A stretch of DNA of 63,856 bases, counting the filler, from Lama guanicoe (lineage: Eukaryota), in the NCBI GenBank assembly GCA_013239625.1. It is 77 parts of 77 records of this genome, joined end to end, with 100 filler letters (N's around TTAATTAATTAA, not from the genome) between each part and the next. Parts side by side here need not be neighbours in the genome. Positions count along the whole stretch, not along the records: positions 51,033 to 51,687 come from MU055430.1; positions 51,788 to 52,645 come from MU055431.1; positions 52,746 to 53,233 come from PNXV01013703.1; positions 53,334 to 53,842 come from PNXV01013704.1; positions 53,943 to 54,461 come from PNXV01013710.1; positions 54,562 to 54,982 come from PNXV01013715.1; positions 55,083 to 55,871 come from PNXV01013716.1; positions 55,972 to 56,693 come from PNXV01013717.1; 69 more parts are not named here. One strand, given 5' to 3'. Shown here piece after piece: positions 51,095-62,452 of the stretch. Positions within the stretch are counted from its first letter, which is position 1. Each line of letters opens with the position of its first letter. The notes under the pieces were generated by a model, which had not been told where the DNA came from, searched no databases, and saw only the letters and a list, made by a program, of their open reading frames with translations. Both the position numbers and the translations under genes were made by a program.

Positions 51095-51687
51095 CGTCTG
51101 CAAGCCGCTCAAGGCGCCAAAGCCGCTCAAGCCGCCGAAGCCGCTCAAGCCGCCAAAGCCGCTCAGACAGCCCAAGCAGCTGAAGCCGCCAAAGCCGCTC
51201 AAGCCGCACAAGCCGCCGAAGCCTCTCAAACCGCTCAAGCAGCCGAAGCCTATCAAGCCGCCGCACAAGCCGCTCAGACCGCGCAAGCAGCTGAAGCCGC
51301 CAAAGCCGCTCAAGCCGCACAAGCCGCCGAAGCCTCTCAAACCGCTCAAGCAGCCGAAGCCTATCAAGCCGCCGCACAAGCCGCTCAGACCGCCCAAGCC
51401 GCCGAAGCCTCTCAAGCCGCTCAAGGCGCCCAAGCCTCTCAAACCGCTCAAGCCGCCAAAGCCGCCCAAGCCGCTCAAGCCGCCCAAGCCCCCCAAACCC
51501 CCCAAGCCCCCCAAGCCGCCGAAGCCNNNNNNNNNNNNNNNNNNNNNNNNNNNNNNGCCGCTCAAGCCGCCGAAGCCACTCGAGCCGCCGCACAAGCCGC
51601 TCAGACGGCGCAAGCCGCTCAAGCCGCCGAAGCCTCTCAAGCCGCTCAAGGCGCCGAAGCCGCTCAAGCCGCTCAAGGCGCCGAAGC
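51095..51687 (+). repeat. CpG-rich 9-bp tandem repeat (AAGCCGCTC/AAGCCGCCG) with a 111-bp duplication; possibly coding
   Basis: About 60 nonamers; 51173-51283 repeats from 51284. No stops in the KPL/KPP or QAA/EAA plus frames, nor in two minus frames. Confidence 0.9.
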
Positions 51688-51787
51688 NNNNNNNNNNNNN
51701 NNNNNNNNNNNNNNNNNNNNNNNNNNNNNNNTTAATTAATTAANNNNNNNNNNNNNNNNNNNNNNNNNNNNNNNNNNNNNNNNNNNN

Positions 51788-52645
51788 AAGTCTTCTTTAA
51801 TTTCCTTCATCAATGTTTTATAGTTTCCTGTGTATACTTATTTCACCTCCTTTGTTAGATTTATTCCTAGATATTTTATTACTTTGGGTGCTATTTTAAA
51901 GGGGATTGTTTCTTTACTTTCTTTTTCTGTTGATTTATCATTAGTGTAAAGAAATGCAACTGAATTTTGAACGGTAATTTTGTAACATGCTACCTTACTG
52001 AATTCTTCAATCAGCTCTAGTAGCTTTTGTGTGGACCTTTTAGGGTTTTCTATATATAGTAACTTGTCATCAGCATATAATGACACTTTTACCTCTTCTT
52101 TTCCAATTTGGATCCCTTTTATTTCTTTCTCTTGCCTGACTGCTGTGGCTAGGACTTCCAGGACTATATTGAATAGGAGTGGTGATAGTGGGCATCCTTG
52201 TCTTGTCCCAGATTTTAGTGGGAAGCTTTTGCATTTTTCACCATTGAGAACTATGCTGGCTGTAGGTTTGTCATATATAGCTTTTATTATGTTGAGATAC
52301 GTTCCCACTATACCCACTTTGGTGAGAGTTTTTATCATAAATGGGTGTTGAATTTTATCAAATGCTTTTTCTGCNNNNNNNNNNNNNNNNNNNNNNNNNN
52401 NNNNNNNNNNNNNNNNNNNNNNNNNNNNNNNNNNNNNNNNNNNNNNNNNNNNNNNNNNNNNNNNNNNNNNNNNNNNNNNNNNNNNNNNNNNNNNNNNNNN
52501 NNNNNNNNNNNNNNNNNNNNNNNNNNNNNNNNNNNNNNNNNNNNNNNNNNNNNNNNNNNNNNNNNNNNNNNNNNNNNNTATTGGCCTATAATTCTCTTTT
52601 TTGGAGTGTCTTTGCCTGGTTTTGGTATCAGGGTGATGGTGGCTT
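51788..52645 (-). mobile_element. LINE-1 ORF2 reverse transcriptase domain fragment
   Basis: [21 protein letters not shown]...SLYADD...[13 protein letters not shown] (52338-51838). Confidence 0.97.
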
Positions 52646-52745
52646 NNNNNNNNNNNNNNNNNNNNNNNNNNNNNNNNNNNNNNNNNNNNTTAATTAATTA
52701 ANNNNNNNNNNNNNNNNNNNNNNNNNNNNNNNNNNNNNNNNNNNN

Positions 52746-53233
52746 TCTACAAATTTTGCACTACCAGTCTGTCCCTTCCTACCCCCATGCCCCCAGTAAC
52801 CACAACAAGTTTGTATTCTATGTCTATGAATCTGTTTCTGTTTCGTATTTATGTTCATTTGTCTTTTTCTTTCTTTTTTCTTCTTCTTTTTTTTTTTTAG
52901 ATTCCACATATAAGCGATCTCACATGGTATTTTTCTTTCTCTTTTGGGCTTACTTCACTTAGAACGACATTCTCCAGATTCTGGCTTACTTTACTTAGAA
53001 TGACATTCTCTAGGAACATCCATGTTGCTGCAAATGGCATTATGTTGTTGTTTTTATGGCTGAATAATATTCCATTGTAGAAATATACCACATCTTCTTT
53101 ATCCAGTTATCTGCTGATAGGTATTTAGTCTGTTTCCATGTCTCAGCTATTGTAAATAGTGTTGCTGTGAACTTTGGGGTACAGATATCTTTTTGAAGTA
53201 GGGTTCCTTCTGGATATATGCCCAGGAGTGGGA
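52746..53233 (-). mobile_element. LINE-1 ORF2 end and 3' UTR with a 36-bp internal tandem duplication
   Basis: IMPFAATWMFLENVILSKVSQNLENVVLSEVSPKEKEKYH shows the LENVILSEVSQ segment duplicated. Confidence 0.92.
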
Positions 53234-53433
53234 NNNNNNNNNNNNNNNNNNNNNNNNNNNNNNNNNNNNNNNNNNNNTTAATTAATTAANNNNNNNNNNN
53301 NNNNNNNNNNNNNNNNNNNNNNNNNNNNNNNNNCTATGATTGATGAGAAGGATGTTTCAGATTTTCCCACGTGAGACATGGGAACTTGCCAGCAGCCACC
53401 GCAGATTTATTTCACAGGCATTATCGCTTGTGT

Positions 53434-53842
53434 TGTTACAGAAACAACACGCTAGCCAAGAAACAAGCACCACACAGAGGGTGGGAGTACTGAGATTTAT
53501 TACGCCTGCAGGTGCAGAGTGGCTTCTGTTCTGTGGCTCTGAGCACCTCCAAGTCCTGCACATGAAGTTTTATAGGGTTAATTACAAGTTTTATGGGGCT
53601 ATTAGCCAATAAATAAGACTCAAAGAGCAAAAAGCAAGGAATCAGTACACTGAAGCTTATCAATTTGGAACAGATCTCGTTAATGACAATTGTTGATCTT
53701 GTATTTAGGAGTTAGCTTATTAGCCCAGTAAACTGACACTAAACTTCAGGTTTAGCAGGTAGCCCAGCAAAACTTAGATCAGTAAACCGACATTTATCAC
53801 ACTTATATTTCTGACTTAGCTTGTTAGCCCAGCTGGGCTTTT
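53434..53842 (-). mobile_element. ERV LTR (U5, R and part of U3)
   Basis: Minus strand has TATAAAA (53574-53568), AATAAA (53501-53496) and terminal ...TGTAACA at 53434, with repeated tagcccag and cagtaaac.gaca blocks upstream. Confidence 0.7.
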
Positions 53843-54224
53843 NNNNNNNNNNNNNNNNNNNNNNNNNNNNNNNNNNNNNNNNNNNNTTAATTAATTAANN
53901 NNNNNNNNNNNNNNNNNNNNNNNNNNNNNNNNNNNNNNNNNNAATACAGTAATCTCCTTGAAATGTTCAGAAATTGCAGATAACACTGAACACTGAACAC
54001 TGAACTGTCCACCTTGATGTGGGATTAGGGTTATGTGAAAATCAAAAGGACAGTGTGACCTTTGCTAACATCTGCTTTTCTCATTTTTAGGAAGAGAACA
54101 TTAAGTCAAAACCTCTGTAGTTATTATTTTAGACAAGTGTCTCTTAAAACATTATGTAACCCTGTGCCTTAGGACCCCAAGAAAGTCTCTGTTCTTACAA
54201 GGATTCACAGAGATAGGGTCTTAC

Positions 54225-54425
54225 ACCTGAGTCCCAGAGTGTTCTCTTATCGGCAATGAGATCTGGGAATATCATTTACCCTCTTTAAGCCACAGGATCT
54301 TCATTTGCAAAAGGAAGATAAGAATAAGGATTATTTGGGTAATTAAATTCTGCACACACATGCACACGCACACACACATTTAATACAGTGGCTAGCACAT
54401 ACTAGGCACTCTACAAATTCCTGTT
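54225..54425. mobile_element. MIR fragment interrupted by (CA)n
   Basis: tcatttaccctctttaagcc...cttcatttgcaaaaggaagataagaata...acagtggctagcacatactaggcactc. Confidence 0.6.
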
Positions 54426-54561
54426 ATGGATATTTAAATGCATGTATAAAAGGAGGAGAAANNNNNNNNNNNNNNNNNNNNNNNNNNNNNNNNNNNNNNN
54501 NNNNNTTAATTAATTAANNNNNNNNNNNNNNNNNNNNNNNNNNNNNNNNNNNNNNNNNNNN

Positions 54562-54982
54562 ACAGAAATGTGATTTTTTTTTATCTCTTTGTTTCAATAC
54601 AGCCGTGGTGCTAAGGATTGTCCCAAGACTCCAGTTTTGACATTGTGTTGATATCTCATTTGCAGTCTTTTAAAATTTAATAGAATTTATAGAAATGTTT
54701 TGGGAGTTATACGAAAATGAAGTTAGTTTCTGAAACATACTAATTCGACCCAGAAGCCAGACTTGTCAATTTCGGTAACATTTTGTCAGCATAAGGAAAA
54801 CATAGACAGATAGAATGCAAAGTAGCAGTCCGAACTGTTAAAGGGGTCATGTCAACTCTTTACTGTTGAAGCCTCCGAAACCAAGAGGAACCATGAAATA
54901 ACTAATCGAAACATGAAAAAACCCCCAAGCTTCTATTCACTTGTGCATGTGGTGCCCTTTACTCCCGATGACACCTACTGGT
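54562..54982. repeat. Unidentified multi-copy family B, copy 2
   Basis: 54694-54982 aligns to 55976-56263. Confidence 0.88.
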
Positions 54983-55082
54983 NNNNNNNNNNNNNNNNNN
55001 NNNNNNNNNNNNNNNNNNNNNNNNNNTTAATTAATTAANNNNNNNNNNNNNNNNNNNNNNNNNNNNNNNNNNNNNNNNNNNN

Positions 55083-55871
55083 TTGCATGTCACCTCTACG
55101 TTGGAGGCACACAGAGTCCTTTGTGATGTGCCTCACCACCTGGTTGCCTCACCTGCCTCCCACACCCTGTGCTCACTTCTAGATTATTTGCAGTTCCTGG
55201 AAGTGACCTGGCTCTCTTTGGCCTCCCTCCTTTGCATGTGCAGCTCCCCAGGGAGAAATGGCCTTAACATTATACCTTCCCCTGATCACTTCTAGGGCAT
55301 CTCAGAACTCACCACAGTGGTTCCCTCCTCTGGGAGAGCCTTGGCTACAGTTCCAGCTCTCTGCCCCGAGCACCCTCTGCTGACTGTTATCCAAGCCCTC
55401 TTAACACGCTTCCTCAGCCGTCATTTCACGATGACTCCTGTGCACCTAGGAGCTCCCGGAAGCAGGGATTGTGTCTGTTTTCTCTTTATTCTCAGAGCAT
55501 GGTAGAGACTCAGGTATAATGGTGGAGGGAACAGTGGTTATTCTGATATTTCTCTGGAGTTGGGGCCTAGGGGTAACAGTGTGGTTGGAAGAAGGGCTTA
55601 GGGGATTTACCCTGAAGCCACATTTTCAATTAACATTTCATGTTTTTGTCTAAAATTTGAAGTTACGAGTCTTAAAACAGAATGGCGATTTCTAAAAATT
55701 AGTTTACCGAATATTGAGGAAAATGGCAGTTTTCCATATTTAAGAATATTATTTTAATTTTGTGTGACTGGGGTGGTGGAAAATAGAAATGCAGTGGTTA
55801 CTAAAGCATAAGCATTCTAATCCCCTTCCCCACCCTCAGGTTCTTTGGACAGAAGAGACAGAGGGATGTGA
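55083..55871. repeat. Paralog of the ANO6-pseudo-exon-linked segment; begins with L2-like sequence
   Basis: 55332-55687 is the reverse complement of 26434-26795, with substitutions. Confidence 0.88.
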
Positions 55872-55971
55872 NNNNNNNNNNNNNNNNNNNNNNNNNNNNN
55901 NNNNNNNNNNNNNNNTTAATTAATTAANNNNNNNNNNNNNNNNNNNNNNNNNNNNNNNNNNNNNNNNNNNN

Positions 55972-56693
55972 TTTACATGTTTTGGGAGTATACGAAAATG
56001 AAGTTATTTTTTGAAACACAGTGTATCGACCTACAAGCAAGACTTGTCAATTTTGGTAACATTTTGTCAGCTCTACGGAAAACCTAGACAGATAGAATGC
56101 AAACTTCCAGTCCAAACTGTTAAAGGGTTCATGTCAGCTCTTTACGGTTGAAGCCTCCGAAACCAACAGGAACAAATGAAATAACTATTGGAAACATGAA
56201 ATAACCCCCAACCTTGGATACACTTGTGCATGTGGTGCCCTTTACTCCCAATGACACCTACTGGCCAATGTTGGCATTTCAAGGTGTAATATCCCTCTCT
56301 AGGAAAATACAAGAGGAAACAAACCAAATATATACATTTAGGTTTGAATCCAAAAGCACCTAGAGATATTATAGCTAGTAGAACCCTGCTGCTGTTATAC
56401 TAGTCTATTGAGAACCAGGTGTTCTTTTATCAGTGATGAGAACGATTAATCATCCGATCATGTTGGGTAAAGCCATTTAACGCAACCAAGTTTGCACCCC
56501 CATGATATAGTGCCCCCGGGGGCTTGACTCAATTGAAAGACGATCCACAGAAGCTGTGTCTTTAATGTCATTGGCGATTTTTACAGGACTTTTCACATTC
56601 TGACTTGTACTATTTACCTATACTGTCTTGAAAATCTGAGGCCTAAACAGATTCAAGTTCAGTCAAAGATTCCCCTCACTTACCACACTCCCT
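55972..56693. repeat. Unidentified multi-copy family B, copy 3 (bridges copies 1 and 2)
   Basis: The left end matches 54694-54982; the right end matches 34454-34580 reversed. Confidence 0.88.
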
Positions 56694-56793
56694 NNNNNNN
56701 NNNNNNNNNNNNNNNNNNNNNNNNNNNNNNNNNNNNNTTAATTAATTAANNNNNNNNNNNNNNNNNNNNNNNNNNNNNNNNNNNNNNNNNNNN

Positions 56794-57954
56794 ATTCTGG
56801 GTTTTGTATTGTTCAATTATACTCTATATTTTGTGTTCTACATACTATTTTCTACATTCTTAATTCTGTATTCTATATTCAATATTCTGTATTCTTCATT
56901 GTGTATTCTATATTGTATATTCTGAATTCTTTATTCTATATTCTAAATTCTCGGTTTTGCATTCCATGTTCTAAATTCTGTGTTGTGATTTCTGTATTCT
57001 ATATTCTATATATTGTGTTGTACATTTTGTATTCTACATTCTGTATTCTATATTCTATATTCTATATTCTNNNNNNNNNNNNNNNNNNNNNNNNNNNNNN
57101 NNNNNNNNNNNNNNNNNNNNNNNNNNNNNNNNNNNNNNNNNNNNNNNNNNNNNNNNNNNNNNNNNNNNNNNNNNNNNNNNNNNNNNNNNNNNNNNNNNNN
57201 NNNNNNNNNNNNNNNNNNNNNNNNNNNNNNNNNNNNNNNNNNNNNNNNNNNNNNNNNNNNNNNNNNNNNNNNNNNNNNNNNNNNNNNNNNNNNNNNNNNN
57301 NNNNNNNNNNNNNNNNNNNNNNNNNNNNNNNNNNNNNNNNNNNNNNNNNNNNNNNNNNNNNNNNNNNNNNNNNNNNNNNNNNNNNNNNNNNNNNNNNNNN
57401 NNNNNNNNNNNNNNNNNNNNNNNNNNNNNNNNNNNNNNNNNNNNNNNNNNNNNNNNNNNNNNNNNNNNNNNNNNNNNNNNNNNNNNNNNNNNNNNNNNNN
57501 NNNNNNNNNNNNNNNNNNNNNNNNNNNNNNNNNNNNNNNNNNNNNNNNNNNNNNNNNNNNNNNNNNNNNNNNNNNNNNNNNNNNNNNNNNNNNNNNNNNN
57601 NNNNNNNNNNNNNNNNNNNNNNNNNNNNNNNNNNNNNNNNNNNNNNNNNNNCATTCCAAATTCTGCACTCTATATTCTGTACTCTGTGTTCTGTATTCTC
57701 TATTCTGTATTCTACATTCTATACCCTGTATTCAATATTCTAAATTGTGTGTTCTAAGTTCAATGTTCTAAATTCTGGGTTCTGAATTCTGTTTTCTATA
57801 TTCTATATTCTTTGTTCTAAAATATGTGTACTACATTCTATATTCTGTATCATTTTTTCTGTATTCCATATTCTGTGTTCTACATTCTATATTCTACATT
57901 CTGTGTTCTGTATTCTTTATTCAATATTATGTGTCCTACATTCTATATTCTACA
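56794..57954 (+). repeat. 7-bp-based satellite
   Basis: Heptamer array sharing diagnostic variants with 40933-41283. Confidence 0.95.
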
Positions 57955-58054
57955 NNNNNNNNNNNNNNNNNNNNNNNNNNNNNNNNNNNNNNNNNNNNTT
58001 AATTAATTAANNNNNNNNNNNNNNNNNNNNNNNNNNNNNNNNNNNNNNNNNNNN

Positions 58055-58983
58055 CTAGGGGGGTTTGCAGGCAATCCCAGTGACAGAGGCTGCCTCCCCA
58101 ATTCAGGTAAGGTATTTCTCAGAATTCCACCTAACAGGGAACACCTGTCACTGAAGAGAGCTGCGTAGAGTTGTCTCTCGAGCTCCCCAAGCACTGACAA
58201 TGTTTCTGGAATCCTGAGGGTTGGGAGGTCCCACCAACGGTCGGCAGCGCGTGGGTACTAACGGAATGCCTAAGCTCGTCTCCCCTGGGTTTTTTCCTAA
58301 TGTCTCTGTGCCAGGGAATGCTAGGGTGGTTTGCAGGCAATCCCAGTGACAGAGGCTGCCTCCCCAAGGTCAGGGAAGGTATTTCTTAGAATTCCCCCTA
58401 ACAGGGAACACCTGTGACTGAAGAGAGCTGCGTGGATTTGTCTCTCGAGCTCCCCCACACACTGAGAATGGTTCTGGAATCCTGAGCGTGGGGAGTTTCC
58501 ACCATCGGTCGGCAGCGCGTTGGTTCTAATGGAGTGCCTAAGCTCATCTCCCCTGGGTTTTTTCCTAATGTCTCTGTGCCAGGGAATGCTAGGGTGGTTT
58601 GCAGGCAATCCCAGTGACAGAGGCTGCCTCCCCAAGGTCAGGGAAGGTATTTCTTAGAATTCCCCCTAACAGGGAACACCTGTGACTGAAGAGAGCTGCG
58701 TGGATTTGTCTCTCGAGCTCCCCCACACACTGAGAATGGTTCTGGAATCCTGAGCGTGGGGAGTTTCCACCATCGGTCGGCAGCGCGTTGGTTCTAATGG
58801 AGTGCCTAAGCTCATCTCCCCTGGGTTTTTTCCTAATGTCTCTGTGCCAGGGAATGCTAGGGGGGTTTGCAGGCAATCCCAGTGTTGGAGGCTGCCTCCC
58901 CTAGTTCAGGGAAGTTATTTCTCAGAATTCACCTTTACAGGGAACATCTGTGACTGAAGAGAGCTGCGTGGAGTTGTCTCTCG
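58055..58983 (-). repeat. 266-268-bp satellite (reverse orientation), about 3.5 monomers
   Basis: ctaggg anchor at 58055, 58321, 58589 and 58857. The two 268-bp units appear identical. Confidence 0.97.
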
Positions 58984-59083
58984 NNNNNNNNNNNNNNNNN
59001 NNNNNNNNNNNNNNNNNNNNNNNNNNNTTAATTAATTAANNNNNNNNNNNNNNNNNNNNNNNNNNNNNNNNNNNNNNNNNNNN

Positions 59084-59979
59084 CCAAGCTGAAAACAATA
59101 AAAGCAAAATAATCAAATAGGTTCTAATAAAATTTAAAGATTCTATACAGCAAAATAAACAGAATGAAAGATGAATTTCCAATTGGGAGAAAACATTAGG
59201 AAACAAAGGAATCAACAAGAGGCTAATTTCTAAAATACACAAATCATTCATACAACTCCATTTCAAAAATCTACAAACAACTCAGCCGGAAAATGAGCAG
59301 AAGACAATTCTCTAAAGAAGACACACAGACGACAAACAGGAANNNNNNNNNNNNNNNNNNNNNNNNNNNNNNNNNNNNNNNNNNNNNNNNNNNNNNNNNN
59401 NNNNNNNNNNNNNNNNNNNNNNNNNNNNNNNNNNNNNNNNNNNNNNNNNNNNNNNNNNNNNNNNNNNNNNNNNNNNNNNNNNNNNNNNNNNNNNNNNNNN
59501 NNNNNNNNNNNNNNNNNNNNNNNNNNNNNNNNNNNNNNNNNNNNNNNNNNNNNNNNNNNNNNNNNNNNNNNNNNNNNNNNNNNNNNNNNNNNNNNNNNNN
59601 NNNNNNNNNNNNNNNNNNNNNNNNNNNNNNNNNNNNNNNNNNNNNNNNNNNNNNNNNNNNNNNNNNNNNNNNNNNNNNNNNNNNNNNNNNNNNNNNNNNN
59701 NNNNNNNNNNNNNNNNNNNNNNNNNNNTTTACCTCACACTACTGAGAAGGGCTGTCATTCAAATGTCTACAAATAACAAAGACTGGGGAGGTTGTGGAGA
59801 AAAAGGGACTCTCCAATGCTGTTGGTGGGAATGAAAATTGGTGCAACCACTTTGGAAACTGTATCGAAGTTCCTTTAAATATTAAAAATAAATCTATCAC
59901 ATGACACAGCATTCCCACTCCTGGGCATACAAAACATAAAACCTGAAAACAAAGAATCCTATGGTAAAACATAAGAAGT
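59084..59979 (+). mobile_element. Old LINE-1 ORF2 3' fragment
   Basis: RRQFSKEDTQ motif; gttggtgggaatgaaaattggtgcaaccactttggaaa. Confidence 0.85.
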
Positions 59980-60079
59980 NNNNNNNNNNNNNNNNNNNNN
60001 NNNNNNNNNNNNNNNNNNNNNNNTTAATTAATTAANNNNNNNNNNNNNNNNNNNNNNNNNNNNNNNNNNNNNNNNNNNN

Positions 60080-60591
60080 TATTTGCTTAAAGTTCCTGAG
60101 GCTTATTTCATGATATAATATGTGGTTATTAACTTACATAACATCCTGTGCACACTTGAAAAGTTTATGTGTTCTGCTTTTCTGATGCAGTGTCCAATAG
60201 CTCAGTTAGTTTCAAATGATCTAATTTGTTATCAAGACTTCTGTTTCCTTACAGATTTTCTTGCTGGATGATCTGAACATCACAATGGTGAGATGTTAAA
60301 CTCATCTACTCTTATTGTTTTAAAATGAATTAATTATTTCATGTCTACTAAAATTTCATTTTATAATTAGGATCTACGGTGTTGGGACTACGGTGTTGGG
60401 ACATATATAATTTAATGAGTGTAATCCTCAATTTTTATATTGATGTCATTTTCTATATAATCTCATCTCTCTTTCATTTTGGCCCTTATTTTAAAACATA
60501 TTTTGAATGAGTTCAGCATTGCAAACTGCACTTTCTTGTCAATTCCATGGAGTAACTTTTCCATTTATTTCAAGACTATGATTATCTTCCA
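60080..60591 (-). mobile_element. Old degenerate LINE-1 ORF2 endonuclease-region fragment
   Basis: Resembles the antisense L1 EN region (gatgatctg...ggtgagatgttaaactcatctactcttattgt). Contains a 14-bp tandem duplication, ctacggtgttggga, at 60374-60401. Confidence 0.7.
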
Positions 60592-61324
60592 NNNNNNNNN
60601 NNNNNNNNNNNNNNNNNNNNNNNNNNNNNNNNNNNTTAATTAATTAANNNNNNNNNNNNNNNNNNNNNNNNNNNNNNNNNNNNNNNNNNNNTAATTGTGG
60701 TCCTTCACGCGCCTCTCTTTCCCCACTGAGCTGTGTTCAAAGAACTTTTCCTGCTGACCTATAGTGATAATGGAACCATGGAAGCCCGATATCCTTTCCT
60801 GTGATGCTCTACCTCAGGGATGCTACTGGCAACCAGATGGAGTACTCAGTAGATTTGCCAAGAGTGACGTGGCTTGTAATCATGGCACAGGGTGTTAACT
60901 GCATATTTCACATGAGCTAAATATTCTTTTCATCGTGGTGGGAAACGGTGGTAGTCAGTTTTTTTTTTATTTGGCAATAACTATTCCTAAGTACACTTTA
61001 TATTAGAGCTTATGGGCCAAGTGTTGACATTGAGCAACAGTTTTACTGGATTCAAAACTATTCATGAAATAATTGCCTGCAGAGGATTAGAGGTTATGGA
61101 CCATGTTAAGTCACAATTAGAGACTTACTGTATCTGTAGGGTTGGGTGATTGTGTCATTATGGTATCTCACTCCCATTCATAGCAAGTTGAAAATGATAC
61201 TATAGAAGTATGATGTTATTTTAANNNNNNNNNNNNNNNNNNNNNNNNNNNNNNNNNNNNNNNNNNNNTTAATTAATTAANNNNNNNNNNNNNNNNNNNN
61301 NNNNNNNNNNNNNNNNNNNNNNNN

Positions 61325-61854
61325 CTGGAGGTGTGGAAACAGACTCCACGGATCTTAATGGGGGCACAGGTGTACCCAGGTTAGGGATGTAGTTTAAACA
61401 CCTCGACAAACCATATAGAGGTCATTGCAAATACTTGGTTTCGGAGCCCAAACCACACTGTCCCCCGCACTCCCGCCTAGGCTTTCCATCAGGGAAGACA
61501 AGCAAAGGGATTCAATTAGANNNNNNNNNNNNNNNNNNNNNNNNNNNNNNNNNNNNNNNNNNNTCCCTGCACTCAGAATTCCAGAACACATTCTTAGGTG
61601 TGGGAGAGATGTGCAGCCCCACTGCACCCAGATGAATGGAGGAAAAGGTGTTCTGTTTAGGGAGAATTCCTCTAAGTACTTCCTCAGTGGATCAAGGGGC
61701 CCTCACTGCTACTTGGCCTCCAGGCCAAACCCTCAGCTTTCCCTCATGGCCTGGCCTAAAGGAACACTCAGGGAACAGAAGCTAAGGGATAGTAGTAGAA
61801 CCCAGGTGCTGTTGTCAGTTTGAGGAACCTCCCCACAATCAGAATACCAGAACA
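61325..61854 (+). repeat. Diverged ~265-bp satellite
   Basis: 61613-61854 is a close reverse complement of 1804-2042. Confidence 0.9.
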
Positions 61855-61954
61855 NNNNNNNNNNNNNNNNNNNNNNNNNNNNNNNNNNNNNNNNNNNNTT
61901 AATTAATTAANNNNNNNNNNNNNNNNNNNNNNNNNNNNNNNNNNNNNNNNNNNN

Positions 61955-62452
61955 GGAGAGACGTTCGTTCAAGAAGCACAAATGGAACAGGTTGCAAGAG
62001 AAACAATTTCTCTGGTTTCTCAGTCTGTTTCCTAGAGGCGGTTGGAAGTTCCTGCAGTTTTCACTGTAAAACCGAGTTGGAGCTTGTACCTCCCCATATA
62101 TTTGTATGTAGTGGAGTTTGCAACTGAAGAGAAACTTTGTGTTCCCGACAAGCTAGGTGAAGGACGGCATTCACACAGGATTTACACTGAAAACGGAGCA
62201 TGTGGAGAGACGTTCTTTCATCTAGCACAAAGGAACAGGTTGTAGGAGAAACAATTCTCTGGTTTCTCAGTTTGTTTCCTAGTGCTGGTTTGAAGTTCCT
62301 GCAGTTTTCAATGTAAAACCGAGTTGGAGCTTGTACCTCCCCATATATATGTATGGACTGGAGTTTGCAACTAAAGAGGAACTTGGTGTTCCCAACAAGC
62401 TATGTGAAGCACGGCTTTTACACACGCTTAACTCTCAAAACTGAACATGTGG
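61955..62452 (+). repeat. 249-bp satellite, variant subfamily
   Basis: aaccgagttggagcttgtacctccccatata at ~62070 and ~62317. Confidence 0.95.

Noticed and set aside
50981..51676. Minus-strand Gly-rich (keratin/loricrin-like) or RRLERL (trichohyalin-like) protein call
   Set aside because: The resemblance is compositional only, and four frames are open, so no product can be assigned; kept as a finding instead.
51838..52338. Reverse transcriptase suggesting a retron, DGR or other novel RT system
   Set aside because: It has canonical LINE-1 ORF2 motifs, is truncated, and has only artificial neighbours.
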